Part shown: one piece after another, positions 20,078 to 29,959 of the stretch
Position numbering within the stretch: the first letter of the stretch is position 1
Layout of the letters: each line of letters starts with the position of its first letter
NCBI GenBank assembly: GCA_008080735.1
Contig: SHMW01000006.1
Location: forward strand, 1-64,000
From: Promethearchaeota archaeon
Lineage (GTDB): Archaea > Asgardarchaeota > Lokiarchaeia > Sigyniarchaeales > SOKP01
DNA: 64,000 bases
Reading direction: 5' to 3'
Notes under the pieces: model-generated
What the model saw: the letters and a program-made list of their open reading frames with translations, nothing else
Databases searched by the model: none
Told to the model about the DNA's origin: nothing
Made by a program: the position numbers and the translations under genes

Positions 20078-21163
20078 ATGAACATTATTTACCTCGTAAA
20101 TTTTCACATATACAAAAATTTCGCCAACATCGAGAGTGTTGGAGGAATAGAGGTGGTTACTGAAAATGTTATTAATGGTCTAAAAGAAAATGGTCATAAG
20201 GTATGGGTTCCTCAAAGGGAAATAAAACCTAAATGGGCTAAAGATGGACAAGTAGATATTGTATGCGCCTCTAGTTTTGATCCTTTAACTTTTCTACAGC
20301 TTTTGAAATATAAAAAAAAATATATTAAAACTGCAGCTATTGTACAACATGCCCATACGACATATGAGGATCTAAAAGGGAATATCTTGCCAGATCGTTC
20401 TATCTTCAATCATCTCTCAAGAATTTGGATACGTATATTATATAGTCAGGCTCATCTTCTAATAACACCAACAGAATATTCTAAAAAACTTCTTGAAAAT
20501 ATTCAGAGTTCAAAAACTTATCCAATCTATGCTGTAACCAATGGTGTTAATGTTGAAAAATTTAAAAAATTAGAAAAATATCGAAAAAATTTTAGAAATT
20601 ATCTAACTAAACACTATCATATTCCATCCGATTCTAAAATTATCCTAAATGTTGGCTTACCGTGGAAAAGAAAAAGGGTTGACTTATTTGGAGATGTAGC
20701 AAAAAATCTCCCGGAATATTATTTTGTGTGGGTTGGACCTATAAATGATAATGCAGATATTACTAAAACTTCAGAGTTGGACAATGTAATATTTACAGGA
20801 TTTTATGATGATATCAGGGAACCTTATTATGGTTCAGATGTACTACTTATTACATCTGATGAAGAAAATCAAGGTATTCCGATTTTGGAATCAGCTATAT
20901 GCGAATTACCATTAGTTATTAGAGATATTAAGGTTTTTGATTGGTTAGAACATAATAAAAGTGCATATAAAGCAAATAGCTCGAAAAAACTCGCCCAAGG
21001 AATCCAGAAAGTTTTATCAAATAAAGAATATAGGGAAAAAATCATAAAGAATGCCAAAAAAAAGGTTACAAAATATCATAGCTTTGAAAAGACGCTTCAA
21101 AAAATCATTGGTTTGTTTAAAATGGCTTTAAAAATTAAAGAAGTATGGGAAAGGAAAAGGTAA
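20078..21163 (+). CDS. GT4-family glycosyltransferase
   Basis: HAHTT, TNGVN, KRKRVD, EENQGIPILES. Confidence 0.85.
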   Translation: MNIIYLVNFHIYKNFANIESVGGIEVVTENVINGLKENGHKVWVPQREIKPKWAKDGQVDIVCASSFDPLTFLQLLKYKKKYIKTAAIVQHAHTTYEDLKGNILPDRSIFNHLSRIWIRILYSQAHLLITPTEYSKKLLENIQSSKTYPIYAVTNGVNVEKFKKLEKYRKNFRNYLTKHYHIPSDSKIILNVGLPWKRKRVDLFGDVAKNLPEYYFVWVGPINDNADITKTSELDNVIFTGFYDDIREPYYGSDVLLITSDEENQGIPILESAICELPLVIRDIKVFDWLEHNKSAYKANSSKKLAQGIQKVLSNKEYREKIIKNAKKKVTKYHSFEKTLQKIIGLFKMALKIKEVWERKR

Positions 21164-21194
21164 TATTGCTTAAATCTCTCCAAATATTTTATTA

Positions 21195-21680
21195 CTATAA
21201 GTTTGTTTTCAATTGAGCTAAAGTTCTTTCTAAAACTTCGATAACTTTTTGTTTATAGGATTGTTGTTCTGGATAATCATAACTAAAATTCCTCCAATAT
21301 GATCTTTGATGACCAATTTTATATTTCACCCCTTTCATTGTGGTCAAATAAGAATTTGCATCCAGCTTCTCTGCGATTTGATCTGCGATTATATACCAAT
21401 GATATTTTGTCCCCCTCTCCGCTCCACTATTATTGGGGGCTTCATTATATCTTTTTTTTATACAATTAAAAATGATTTTCCACTCATCGGGGGCCTTCTT
21501 AACTTCGTACCATCTTCCTTGGTCATATTTCCAGTAATGCTTCCCTCCCACTCGCATCCCTGTATATACTTTATTTCCATGGGTTTTTAGACTATTAAAG
21601 TCTTTTGATTTTATTTTATTGTTATTTTTTATTTCATTCGCTGTTAAAAAATCTGCGATATCGTATTTCTCTGACGACAT
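21195..21680 (-). CDS. Conserved hypothetical aromatic/basic protein
   Basis: Clean 161-aa ORF with YTGMRVGGKHYWKYDQGRW and GTKYHWYIIADQ blocks. Confidence 0.65.
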   Translation of the reverse strand: MSSEKYDIADFLTANEIKNNNKIKSKDFNSLKTHGNKVYTGMRVGGKHYWKYDQGRWYEVKKAPDEWKIIFNCIKKRYNEAPNNSGAERGTKYHWYIIADQIAEKLDANSYLTTMKGVKYKIGHQRSYWRNFSYDYPEQQSYKQKVIEVLERTLAQLKTNL

Positions 21681-22003
21681 AATGAAGAATTATCAATTAT
21701 TTATTAAAAAACCTAAGAGAGCACAAGTTTTTCAAAAAGTCATTTAGTAGAGAAATCTAATATATTTTTATGACATTCATAAAATGTTATATAGTAAAAA
21801 ATTGATTAGAATCTTCAATAGATTCAATAGAAAGCAAAGATAATGAATATCCAACTATTCTTTGGTCTAAAATGATAAATAAAGATTAAAACCACATTCT
21901 TTTCGATTATACTTATCAATTTTCGAAAAAAATTTATTCCATTTCGCATTTATACACTAAATATTTGTACATTGGCAAATCTACGATAATATTATTGAAC
22001 TAG

Positions 22004-24790
22004 ATGAGAAACATGAAATATGAACCTCAGAAAATAGAAGAGAAATGGCAGGAGCGATGGGAAAAAGAAAAAATTTTTGAAGTCGATATGGATCCAAAAA
22101 AAGATAAATATTACGTCTTGGAAATGTATCCATATCCCTCATCAAAATTACATATGGGCCATTTAAGGAATTATTCTATTGGTGATTCATTTGCTCGGTT
22201 TAAGCGTATGCAAGGGCTTAATGTTCTCTATCCGATGGGATATGATTCATTTGGCCTTCCAGCCGAAAATGCGGCGATTGATCACGGGATTGATCCAAAA
22301 AAGTGGACGAATGAAAATATCAACGCAATTAAGAACCAACAGAATCGAATAGGTCTTTCTTACGATTGGAATAGAATGATATATAGCCATGACCCCGATT
22401 ATTATAAGTGGGATCAATGGTTCTTTTTGAAAATGTTAGAAAAAGATTTAGCTTATCGCCAAGATTCATATGTTAATTGGTGTGAAAAATGTGTGACCGT
22501 ATTAGCAAATGAGCAAGTTCAAGGGGGAAAATGCTGGCGTTGTGGCTCCGAAGTGGAACAAAAGTTCTTGACTCAATGGTTTCTAAAAATAAGGGCATAT
22601 GCTGAAGAATTGTTGGAGGGGCTGGAGGAAGTTGATTGGCCAGAAAAAGTTAAAGTGATGCAGAGAAACTGGATAGGGCGATCCGAAGGGACTATCATCA
22701 AATTCCCTATTATGGAGGAAAAACGTACAATTGACATATTCACGACAAGACCAGATACTTTATATGGAGTCACATTTATGGTATTCGCACCAGAACATCC
22801 TTGGGTTAGAAAATGGGTCGAAGATACTCAATATGAAGATGAATTTGAAAATCTTTATCGAGAAACCATGAAACAAAATCAGTTCGAAAGAACCGATATT
22901 GATGTGGAAAAAAAGGGGATGTTTATTGGAAAATATGCGGTGAATCCTCTAACCGAAGAGCAAATACCTATTTATGTTGGTAATTTCGTAATATATGAAT
23001 ACGGCGCCGGAGCAGTTATGGCGGTTCCCGCGCATGATCAGAGAGATTTTGAATTTGCTAAAGAATATGGAATCCCCATTAAGGTGGTAATCCAACCTTT
23101 TGATTATGAATTGAACGCTGAAAAAATGACGCGTGCGTATGAGAGTGATGGTGTATTAATAAATTCTGAAGAGTTTAACGGAATGGAAAATCGTACTGCC
23201 ATTGGCGCAATCACCGAAAAGTTAGACGAGATTAACATGGGATCCGCAACAATAAATTATAAATTAAGAGATTGGTTAATTTCCAGACAAAGATATTGGG
23301 GTTGCCCCATTCCAATTGTATATTGTGAGAAATGTGGCACGGTTCCCGTCCCTATTGAAGATTTGCCAGTTAAATTGCCTGAGGATGTAAAATTCACGGG
23401 GAAAGGAAATCCACTTAAAACAAGCGAAAGTTTTATCAATACCAAATGTCCCGAATGTGGGGGAAAAGCGACACGGGAAACAGATACGATGGATACGTTT
23501 GTTGACAGCTCGTGGTATTTTTTTAGATATTGCGACCCACATAATAAAAAGGAACCTTATGGTAAGAAGAGAGTAAATTATTGGGGAAATGTTGATCAAT
23601 ATATCGGAGGGATTGAACATGCGGTAATGCATTTACTATATGCTCGTTTTTGGACGAAAGTGGGAAGAGATTTACAACTCCATTCCCATAATGAGCCCTT
23701 TCAAGCTCTCCTAACGCAGGGAATGATTAATAAGATTCATCCCTATTGTCCTGAATGTGATACCTTCGCGACTAAAGTTGAGAAAGATTCGACCAAATGT
23801 CCAAGATGCGAAACCAAATGGATTCAAAAGAGTGTCAAAATGAGTAAAAGCCTCGGAAATACAGTAGATCCAAATAATATCATGGAAGAATATGGGGCAG
23901 ATTCTGCTCGGTTTTTTATCTTATTTGGAGCAAGTCCGGAATCAAGTTTGGAATGGTCTGAAGAGGGTGTTGGCTTTGCTGCTCGATTTATGAACAATAC
24001 CTTTAAACTCTTATCTGAAGAACCAACGGACATAAGAAAAACTGAAAATATTAGGGACACACTTATCAATTATTATATGCATCATAGCATCAAAGATATC
24101 ACTGAAAGTATGAAAAAGATTAATATTCGAGATGCTGTCAACAAAATCGTTCAATTTAGCTCAGAACTTACTGATTATAAAAAGGAAGGCGTCAATAAGG
24201 ATATTTTTAATAATTGTAGAAAAAACCTAGCATTAATTTTGCATCCTATTGCACCTCATATGACCGAAGAAGTCTGGGAACTACTTGGAGAGGATGGATA
24301 TATTAGTTTAGCTCCATGGCCGAACTATGACGAAGATATTCTCACCGATGAAAACGATTTTAAATGGAATCTAATCAACAATACCATCGATGATATAAAA
24401 AATATTAAACAAGTACTAAAGAAAGATTCAATTGAACAGATAGACATCATTATCGCAGAGCAATGGAAATTTGATTTCTATTCCGATCTAATGCAATTAA
24501 TTGAGGACACCATAAATCAGGGAGAGATTATGAAGAAGCTCATGCTAAAATCCAAATTTAAACCACATGGCAAATTTGTTAGTGAAACCGTTAGTAAAGT
24601 GCTAAAGAATATTGGAAAATATGCTAATTTTATTCTTTCACCCTCAGATGAATTGAAATTTTTTAAAGATATAATCCCACTCATTGAAAAACAATTTAAT
24701 GCCACTGTAAATGTTTTAACCGAAGATGAAACAAATCAAAAAAAGGCAGATCAAGCCCTTCCTGGAAGACCATCCATAATTATCAATTAA
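22004..24790 (+). CDS. leuS: Leucine--tRNA ligase
   Basis: YPYPSSKLHMGH (HIGH), TTRPDT editing motif, GAGAVMAVPAHDQRD, WLISRQRYWG, KMSKS. Confidence 0.96.
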   Translation: MRNMKYEPQKIEEKWQERWEKEKIFEVDMDPKKDKYYVLEMYPYPSSKLHMGHLRNYSIGDSFARFKRMQGLNVLYPMGYDSFGLPAENAAIDHGIDPKKWTNENINAIKNQQNRIGLSYDWNRMIYSHDPDYYKWDQWFFLKMLEKDLAYRQDSYVNWCEKCVTVLANEQVQGGKCWRCGSEVEQKFLTQWFLKIRAYAEELLEGLEEVDWPEKVKVMQRNWIGRSEGTIIKFPIMEEKRTIDIFTTRPDTLYGVTFMVFAPEHPWVRKWVEDTQYEDEFENLYRETMKQNQFERTDIDVEKKGMFIGKYAVNPLTEEQIPIYVGNFVIYEYGAGAVMAVPAHDQRDFEFAKEYGIPIKVVIQPFDYELNAEKMTRAYESDGVLINSEEFNGMENRTAIGAITEKLDEINMGSATINYKLRDWLISRQRYWGCPIPIVYCEKCGTVPVPIEDLPVKLPEDVKFTGKGNPLKTSESFINTKCPECGGKATRETDTMDTFVDSSWYFFRYCDPHNKKEPYGKKRVNYWGNVDQYIGGIEHAVMHLLYARFWTKVGRDLQLHSHNEPFQALLTQGMINKIHPYCPECDTFATKVEKDSTKCPRCETKWIQKSVKMSKSLGNTVDPNNIMEEYGADSARFFILFGASPESSLEWSEEGVGFAARFMNNTFKLLSEEPTDIRKTENIRDTLINYYMHHSIKDITESMKKINIRDAVNKIVQFSSELTDYKKEGVNKDIFNNCRKNLALILHPIAPHMTEEVWELLGEDGYISLAPWPNYDEDILTDENDFKWNLINNTIDDIKNIKQVLKKDSIEQIDIIIAEQWKFDFYSDLMQLIEDTINQGEIMKKLMLKSKFKPHGKFVSETVSKVLKNIGKYANFILSPSDELKFFKDIIPLIEKQFNATVNVLTEDETNQKKADQALPGRPSIIIN

Positions 24791-24844
24791 ACCCCAAAAA
24801 CAAACAATTATTAATATATTTCAGACAAAATTTTCAGAATTAAA

Positions 24845-25444
24845 ATGCTTAGTATTAATCTAGTCAAAAACATTTATTTTTTTAATATAGGGGGCTATGG
24901 AAATGATGATAATTATTTTCAATGGACCTCAAAATTCTACAATAAAAATCCTCATTTCCAGATAAAAATCACCCGTAATCCTCCCCATAAAAATATCTTT
25001 TATACTATTAATAATCCCGATATCACCATCGTCTATTATGCTAAAGATGATACCGTTTTTACGATAGCTGGTCATCCTAATCTCCAGTCACAATTATTAG
25101 AGGCGATGCTCGAATTTTTAGTGGACGAATTCTATGAGATGTATGATTCCTCCTTACTTACAACTTGTTATGGAGATACTTGCGATGTGTTTGATGGATT
25201 TTCAATGGTGGTTTTAGATTTACTCAATAATTTTGATGAAAAAAACCTCATTAAAATCACAAGGGTAAACTGTAAAGGTTGTGATAAAAAAACTCAAGAA
25301 GTCATTATAAAAAAATCTCTCATCTCTAATTCAAATAGTTCCACTACTCCTTTAGTATTTATTCATTCGGGTCACGCTCTGTTGATTTATATTGACAAAG
25401 AATTTAAGGTCAGGGGAAGCCAACTGGTCGATGTCTCTTATTAA
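24845..25444 (+). CDS. Hypothetical protein: longin-like N-terminal part plus C-terminal CxxC/His domain
   Basis: KNIYFFNIGG..ITIVYYAKDDTVFTIAG..LLEAMLEFLVDEFYEMY; CKGC..HSGHALLIYIDKEFKVRG. Confidence 0.5.
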   Translation: MLSINLVKNIYFFNIGGYGNDDNYFQWTSKFYNKNPHFQIKITRNPPHKNIFYTINNPDITIVYYAKDDTVFTIAGHPNLQSQLLEAMLEFLVDEFYEMYDSSLLTTCYGDTCDVFDGFSMVVLDLLNNFDEKNLIKITRVNCKGCDKKTQEVIIKKSLISNSNSSTTPLVFIHSGHALLIYIDKEFKVRGSQLVDVSY

Positions 25445-25573
25445 ACAAAGATATTACAAGGGTATTAATTTTTGAAGTTAATTTAAAATATCTGGATTTT
25501 CTTAAAGGATTTAAACTGAAAAAAATTAGTCTTATTAAATCTACATTTTAAGTATCCTTTATACATAAAAGCT

Positions 25574-26455
25574 ATGACCATCTATGAACTTAGTATTATT
25601 TCCAGCACTGGATTTCCGTATTATAACAAAAAAATCAAGCCAGTACCGAAAGGGGTACAAGTTCATCTGCGCTTTTTTGATTTCTCGGAACAAGTCAAAA
25701 AAGATTTTGAAGATGAGAGCTATTTAGAATTTGATCTCAAAGCTGGCCTGATATCTGCATTATTTGAATTCGCTCGTAATATTGACAAGAAAATCGAGGT
25801 GCTGGAATTCCGACCAAAAGCTGAAGAGGAAATAAATCAGAGACCAGTACGGGAGCGTATCAAGTATAAAGGTGATGTGCTAATGACAGTCACGACTGAA
25901 AAATATTTACTTCACGATCAGATCCGCAGAAAAATTGAACTTATTTACGAAAATTTTATAAGTCCAAAAATTCCTTTAGATTCCGCCTATGAGGTTCTAC
26001 ACAATGAGGAAAACTCTCTTTTAGATATCCTTACAGATAAGAAAGCCAAAAACCATCTCTCTAGATGTGAAAAGACACTTAAAAAAATAGCAAAAAAATA
26101 TATTGATGAGATGAACAGATACGGTCTGAAAGGAATTGTATGTTGTGGTTTTGATTTGAGTCCCATTATTTGCTTTTCAGAGCATAATCAATATCATTTA
26201 GAGGATATAGACGAAATTCTTCGGGGTGTAGGCAATATTCCAGAAATTGAGGCATTAAATTGGAAATATCGACAATCGACTTATAATAACAAGCCGCTCT
26301 GGGTTTTTATCATTAATAGCGGTATCGGAGTAAGTGTTGAGGGCTTATATGAAAATTATTATTATCTGCTGTTAACTGAACCTGACGCGTATATGGGAGA
26401 GTTTCCTCGAAAATTAGCAAATGAATTTAATAATATCTTAACTGAAGATATATAA
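25574..26455 (+). CDS. Longin-like domain protein with a probable second roadblock/profilin-like domain
   Basis: IYELSIISSTGFPYYNK..LKAGLISALFEFA..IRRKIELIYENF is the longin beta-beta-alpha..alpha pattern. Confidence 0.55.
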   Translation: MTIYELSIISSTGFPYYNKKIKPVPKGVQVHLRFFDFSEQVKKDFEDESYLEFDLKAGLISALFEFARNIDKKIEVLEFRPKAEEEINQRPVRERIKYKGDVLMTVTTEKYLLHDQIRRKIELIYENFISPKIPLDSAYEVLHNEENSLLDILTDKKAKNHLSRCEKTLKKIAKKYIDEMNRYGLKGIVCCGFDLSPIICFSEHNQYHLEDIDEILRGVGNIPEIEALNWKYRQSTYNNKPLWVFIINSGIGVSVEGLYENYYYLLLTEPDAYMGEFPRKLANEFNNILTEDI

Positions 26456-26504
26456 AATGCGTTCTGAGACTTCATAAAAATGAAATAGAAAGAATTTAAA
26501 GAAT

Positions 26505-27269
26505 TTAGATTGTTTTTTCTACTGCTTTAATGATCTCGGCAAATGATTCTGCTTCAAGCGAGGCACCACCTACTAATCCTCCGTCGATGTCTGCTTTTTG
26601 AAACAATTCTAATGCATTATGCGGTTTCACCGACCCGCCATATTGGATTCTGACCGATTGTGCCACCTTCTCATCATATTTATCATTTAGCAGACTACGA
26701 ATGAATTGGTGGACTTCCGCCGCCTGTTCAGGGGTCGCAGTCTCTCCCGTACCGATTGCCCAAATTGGTTCATATGCTATTACTATTTTCATTATCTCTT
26801 TTTTATTCAAATCAGCGAATGTTCCATTAATCTGCTTCTCAATAATTATCTCGGTCTTGCCTGCTTTTCGTTCCTCCAGATGCTCTCCAATACAGACAAT
26901 TGGTATTAATCCCATCTCCAATGCCTTTTTTATTTTCTTGTTAATAAGCTCATCAGATTCTCCAAAAATGTTTCTGCGCTCACTATGGCCCAAAATAACA
27001 TAATCTATTCCTAACGCCTTTAAAAAGATCGGCGAAATTTCCCCTGTATATGCCCCTTTCTCTTCAAAATACATATTTTGGGCCCCTAGCTTAATGTTTG
27101 TCACCTTCACGACACTCGCCTCTTGAAGGGCTGTAAATGGAGGAGCGATTACGATATCAACTTTCTTTACTTTTTTTACCAACGGAATTAATTCTTGGAG
27201 CATCTCCCTGGCGCTTTCAGGTGAACCGCGATTCATTTTCCAATTTCCGCCTATTATTGGTCTTCTCAT
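26505..27269 (-). CDS. tpiA: Triosephosphate isomerase, bacterial/eukaryal type
   Basis: GGNWKMN, GHSERR, AYEPIWAIGTG, YGGSVK, GGLVGGASL. Confidence 0.97.
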   Translation of the reverse strand: MRRPIIGGNWKMNRGSPESAREMLQELIPLVKKVKKVDIVIAPPFTALQEASVVKVTNIKLGAQNMYFEEKGAYTGEISPIFLKALGIDYVILGHSERRNIFGESDELINKKIKKALEMGLIPIVCIGEHLEERKAGKTEIIIEKQINGTFADLNKKEIMKIVIAYEPIWAIGTGETATPEQAAEVHQFIRSLLNDKYDEKVAQSVRIQYGGSVKPHNALELFQKADIDGGLVGGASLEAESFAEIIKAVEKTI

Positions 27270-27398
27270 AATTTTTCAACACCTTATATTTCTTCTTATT
27301 TGTATAGAATATATCGCCTTATTTCAAACTTTCATAAATAAATTTTCAAGTGCCAAAATCAATAGTCCTGTGGCATTCATTTCCAGAGATTTGACTTT

Positions 27399-28244
27399 TT
27401 AGAATTTTACCCCCGTTTTTTTCATATCTGATATGAGTTCTTGGGTTTTTTTATCTGCTAAATCTTCCAGAGGGTTTTCTTTGATGCGTAAAATCTGGAG
27501 ATGTGGCAAGTTTTTTAATTTCGGTGGAAGCGTGACGAGCTTGTTATGGGTTAGGTTTAGAAAGGAAAGTGAAGGAAGCTTGCATAAAGAATCGGGTAAT
27601 TCTTTAAGAATGTTATGTGTGGCTGATAATTCTTCAAGGTTGGATAATTCTCCAATGCTTTCTGGTAAGCTTTCTAACATATTATCATTGAGATATAATT
27701 CCTTCAACCGTTTGAGCTTGCCAATAGAATCGGGAATATTTGCCAGCTTATTATGATTTACGCGCAGAACTTCCAATGATGTTAAATTTCCGACTGTTTC
27801 CGGCAACTTTTCTAATTTATTATTATCCAAATTTAGGTATAGTAATTCTCGAATGCCACCGATACTTTTAGGTAGCGATAGGAGCATGTTATTTTCTAAA
27901 TATACTTCCGTCAAATAGGGAAGATCCCCAATTGCTTCGGGTAATTTGGTAAGCGAGTTTTTACTTAAAACCAGAATCTGTAAGGCTCTGAGTTTTGAAA
28001 TTGAAGGATTCAGAACTTCCAGGCTACAATTGTTCAATCCGAGTACAATAACCCGATTTTGAGAAATTCTAAAGGTCATATTGGGGTTATATTGCTTCCC
28101 TTTCTGAAATTGGAAGGTTTGGTTTGTGATTCGTTCCAAATCTCTTAAGATATCTACCTCTTCCTTATAGACTTCTGCTCCTCGGAAATTATCTATTGTT
28201 GAATCTTGTGAAGCTGGAATCTTAGGAAAACCTTTTTTTTCCAA
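27399..28244 (-). CDS. Leucine-rich repeat protein (23-aa LRRs); the true N-terminus probably lies in a frameshifted upstream ORF
   Basis: About 9 LxxLxLxxNxLxxLPxxIG repeats; the frame stays open upstream of the TTG. Confidence 0.85.
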   Translation of the reverse strand: MEKKGFPKIPASQDSTIDNFRGAEVYKEEVDILRDLERITNQTFQFQKGKQYNPNMTFRISQNRVIVLGLNNCSLEVLNPSISKLRALQILVLSKNSLTKLPEAIGDLPYLTEVYLENNMLLSLPKSIGGIRELLYLNLDNNKLEKLPETVGNLTSLEVLRVNHNKLANIPDSIGKLKRLKELYLNDNMLESLPESIGELSNLEELSATHNILKELPDSLCKLPSLSFLNLTHNKLVTLPPKLKNLPHLQILRIKENPLEDLADKKTQELISDMKKTGVKF

Positions 28245-28299
28245 AATATGTTCCTTTTCCCACCGCTTATCCCTCTGTCGCGTTTCATATGCCGTAGTT

Positions 28300-28443
28300 T
28301 TAGTAGATTGAGTCTTTTTTTTTGGTCTGGGAGGAAGAGAGGATAATATAAGATTCCAACCTCTCGAGAATTTCGAGGATTTTATCCGTTTTCTTTTCGA
28401 GACTCTTTACTCTCATTTCTAATTCTGAATTATTCGCATCCAT
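28300..28443 (-). pseudogene. 47-aa ORF (MDANNSELEMRVKSLEKKTDKILEILERLES...), probable N-terminal coiled coil of the LRR gene, out of frame by one base
   Basis: ATG 28443, TAA 28302-28300; overlaps the open LRR frame; A9 run on the coding strand (T9 at 28315-28323). Confidence 0.6.
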
Positions 28444-28548
28444 CCTAATATCTCTCAAGAAAGAATTGTAATTTACTTATAATACACGAGAGACGCTTAA
28501 AAACTTTCTATCGATAGCTTATAAAAAGGGAAAAAAGAATGGGTAGGA

Positions 28549-29055
28549 TTACTCTTCTTTTTCTGGTAATTTTTCGTCCAATTTCGCGGCCTTTAATATT
28601 GTTTGGACCTCCTCCACATTGGGAGGCATAATCTCGGGTAAGCCAAATTGTTCTCTTCTGCGTTCGATCGCAGATTGCATAGGGATTGCTTTACCTGTCT
28701 CAAAAATCGTTGAGGCTTGTGAGTAAAAATATTCTGGGCCTTCTCCTCTTGCGATGCTCTCGTTCTTCAAAAGAGTAAATATCTCCGTTAGCTCTACTTT
28801 CTGTGGACATATCTCATCGCACGTATCGCAGATCGTACATCCCCAAATATTAAAGGAATTTTCCTTACCAAAAATCTTTTCTTTTAGTCCTAATAATGAA
28901 TCTAAAATGAGTCGTCTTGGATTATATCGTCCATTGGTAACTTGGGCGACTGGGCACGCGCCCGAACATGTAGCGCATTGATAACAATACGCCAAGGTGC
29001 TCCCAATATCTTCACCCATCAGTTTATTTCTAAATTCAAAATCTATTGTAGCCAT
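28549..29055 (-). CDS. hdrC: Heterodisulfide reductase subunit C-like 2x[4Fe-4S] protein
   Basis: CYQCATCSGACP, YNPRRLI, WGCTICDTCDEICP. Confidence 0.85.
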   Translation of the reverse strand: MATIDFEFRNKLMGEDIGSTLAYCYQCATCSGACPVAQVTNGRYNPRRLILDSLLGLKEKIFGKENSFNIWGCTICDTCDEICPQKVELTEIFTLLKNESIARGEGPEYFYSQASTIFETGKAIPMQSAIERRREQFGLPEIMPPNVEEVQTILKAAKLDEKLPEKEE

Positions 29056-29424
29056 TTTTAATAAATTCTCGGGATGTAATTGTACTATGCAATATAAAAT
29101 TCTTTTATTAATTAAATTATTTCTTTTCCAAATTAAGTCTAAGATACATTAAGAATCACGTTTGTAAATCTAATTCTTTCAATTTGTATCTTTTGGACCA
29201 CTTATGAAAACGTAGTAATGAATTAAAACACACGACTTCTGGGGGATGAGCGTAAAATAATATCTTAATACAGAGAAATTTTCGGTTTTTTGCGATAAGA
29301 AAAGCCATCTCTATTTTATAATTTGAAAATATAAAAATTAAATAAGACTAACGATTTGTAATAAATAATAATTTCACCACATAAATTCTATTTGAGAAAA
29401 AAACATGAGAAGTGACTGAATAAA

Positions 29425-29778
29425 ATGAATATTGAGCAACTTAAAGAAGTAAATATTGATGTGACTGATGAGATGAAACAGGGGAAGGTAATCATTGACG
29501 TCTATACGGAATGGTGTGGCCCGTGTAAATTTATTGCGCCCGTTCTGCATAAACTACGTGATGAGGGATTAATTTCTCTTAAACAAGTAGATTTAGACCA
29601 GAATCGACCTTTAGGACAAATGTTTAATATCCACGCAATTCCCACGCTGTTATTTTTCAAAGATGGGAAGCTTTTAGACCACCAGATCAATATCAATGGT
29701 CAAACATTAGTATCTGAAGGGAAGATGGTAGGTGCAGCGGGGGAAGATATCCTGCGCCAGATTATTGACCAAATGTGA
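29425..29778 (+). CDS. trxA: Thioredoxin
   Basis: WCGPC, AIPTLLFFKDG. Confidence 0.93.
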   Translation: MNIEQLKEVNIDVTDEMKQGKVIIDVYTEWCGPCKFIAPVLHKLRDEGLISLKQVDLDQNRPLGQMFNIHAIPTLLFFKDGKLLDHQININGQTLVSEGKMVGAAGEDILRQIIDQM

Positions 29779-29959
29779 ATTTTTTTCCTCTTATTTTTCT
29801 TTTACTTATTTATGTTTTCTGAGCTCTCCGATAGGACAGCTGTACTTTTTTATACTCCATAAAGATATCAATAATACTTGTAATTTGATTAAAAATTTTA
29901 AATATAGTAGATTTTTGCACTTATTATTATCATAATTTTCAAATCGGTAATAAATAATC

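Noticed and set aside
21681-22003. Long AT-rich intergenic region upstream of leuS as a possible T-box or ncRNA
   Set aside because: No T-box motif or GC-rich stems seen; consistent with divergent promoters
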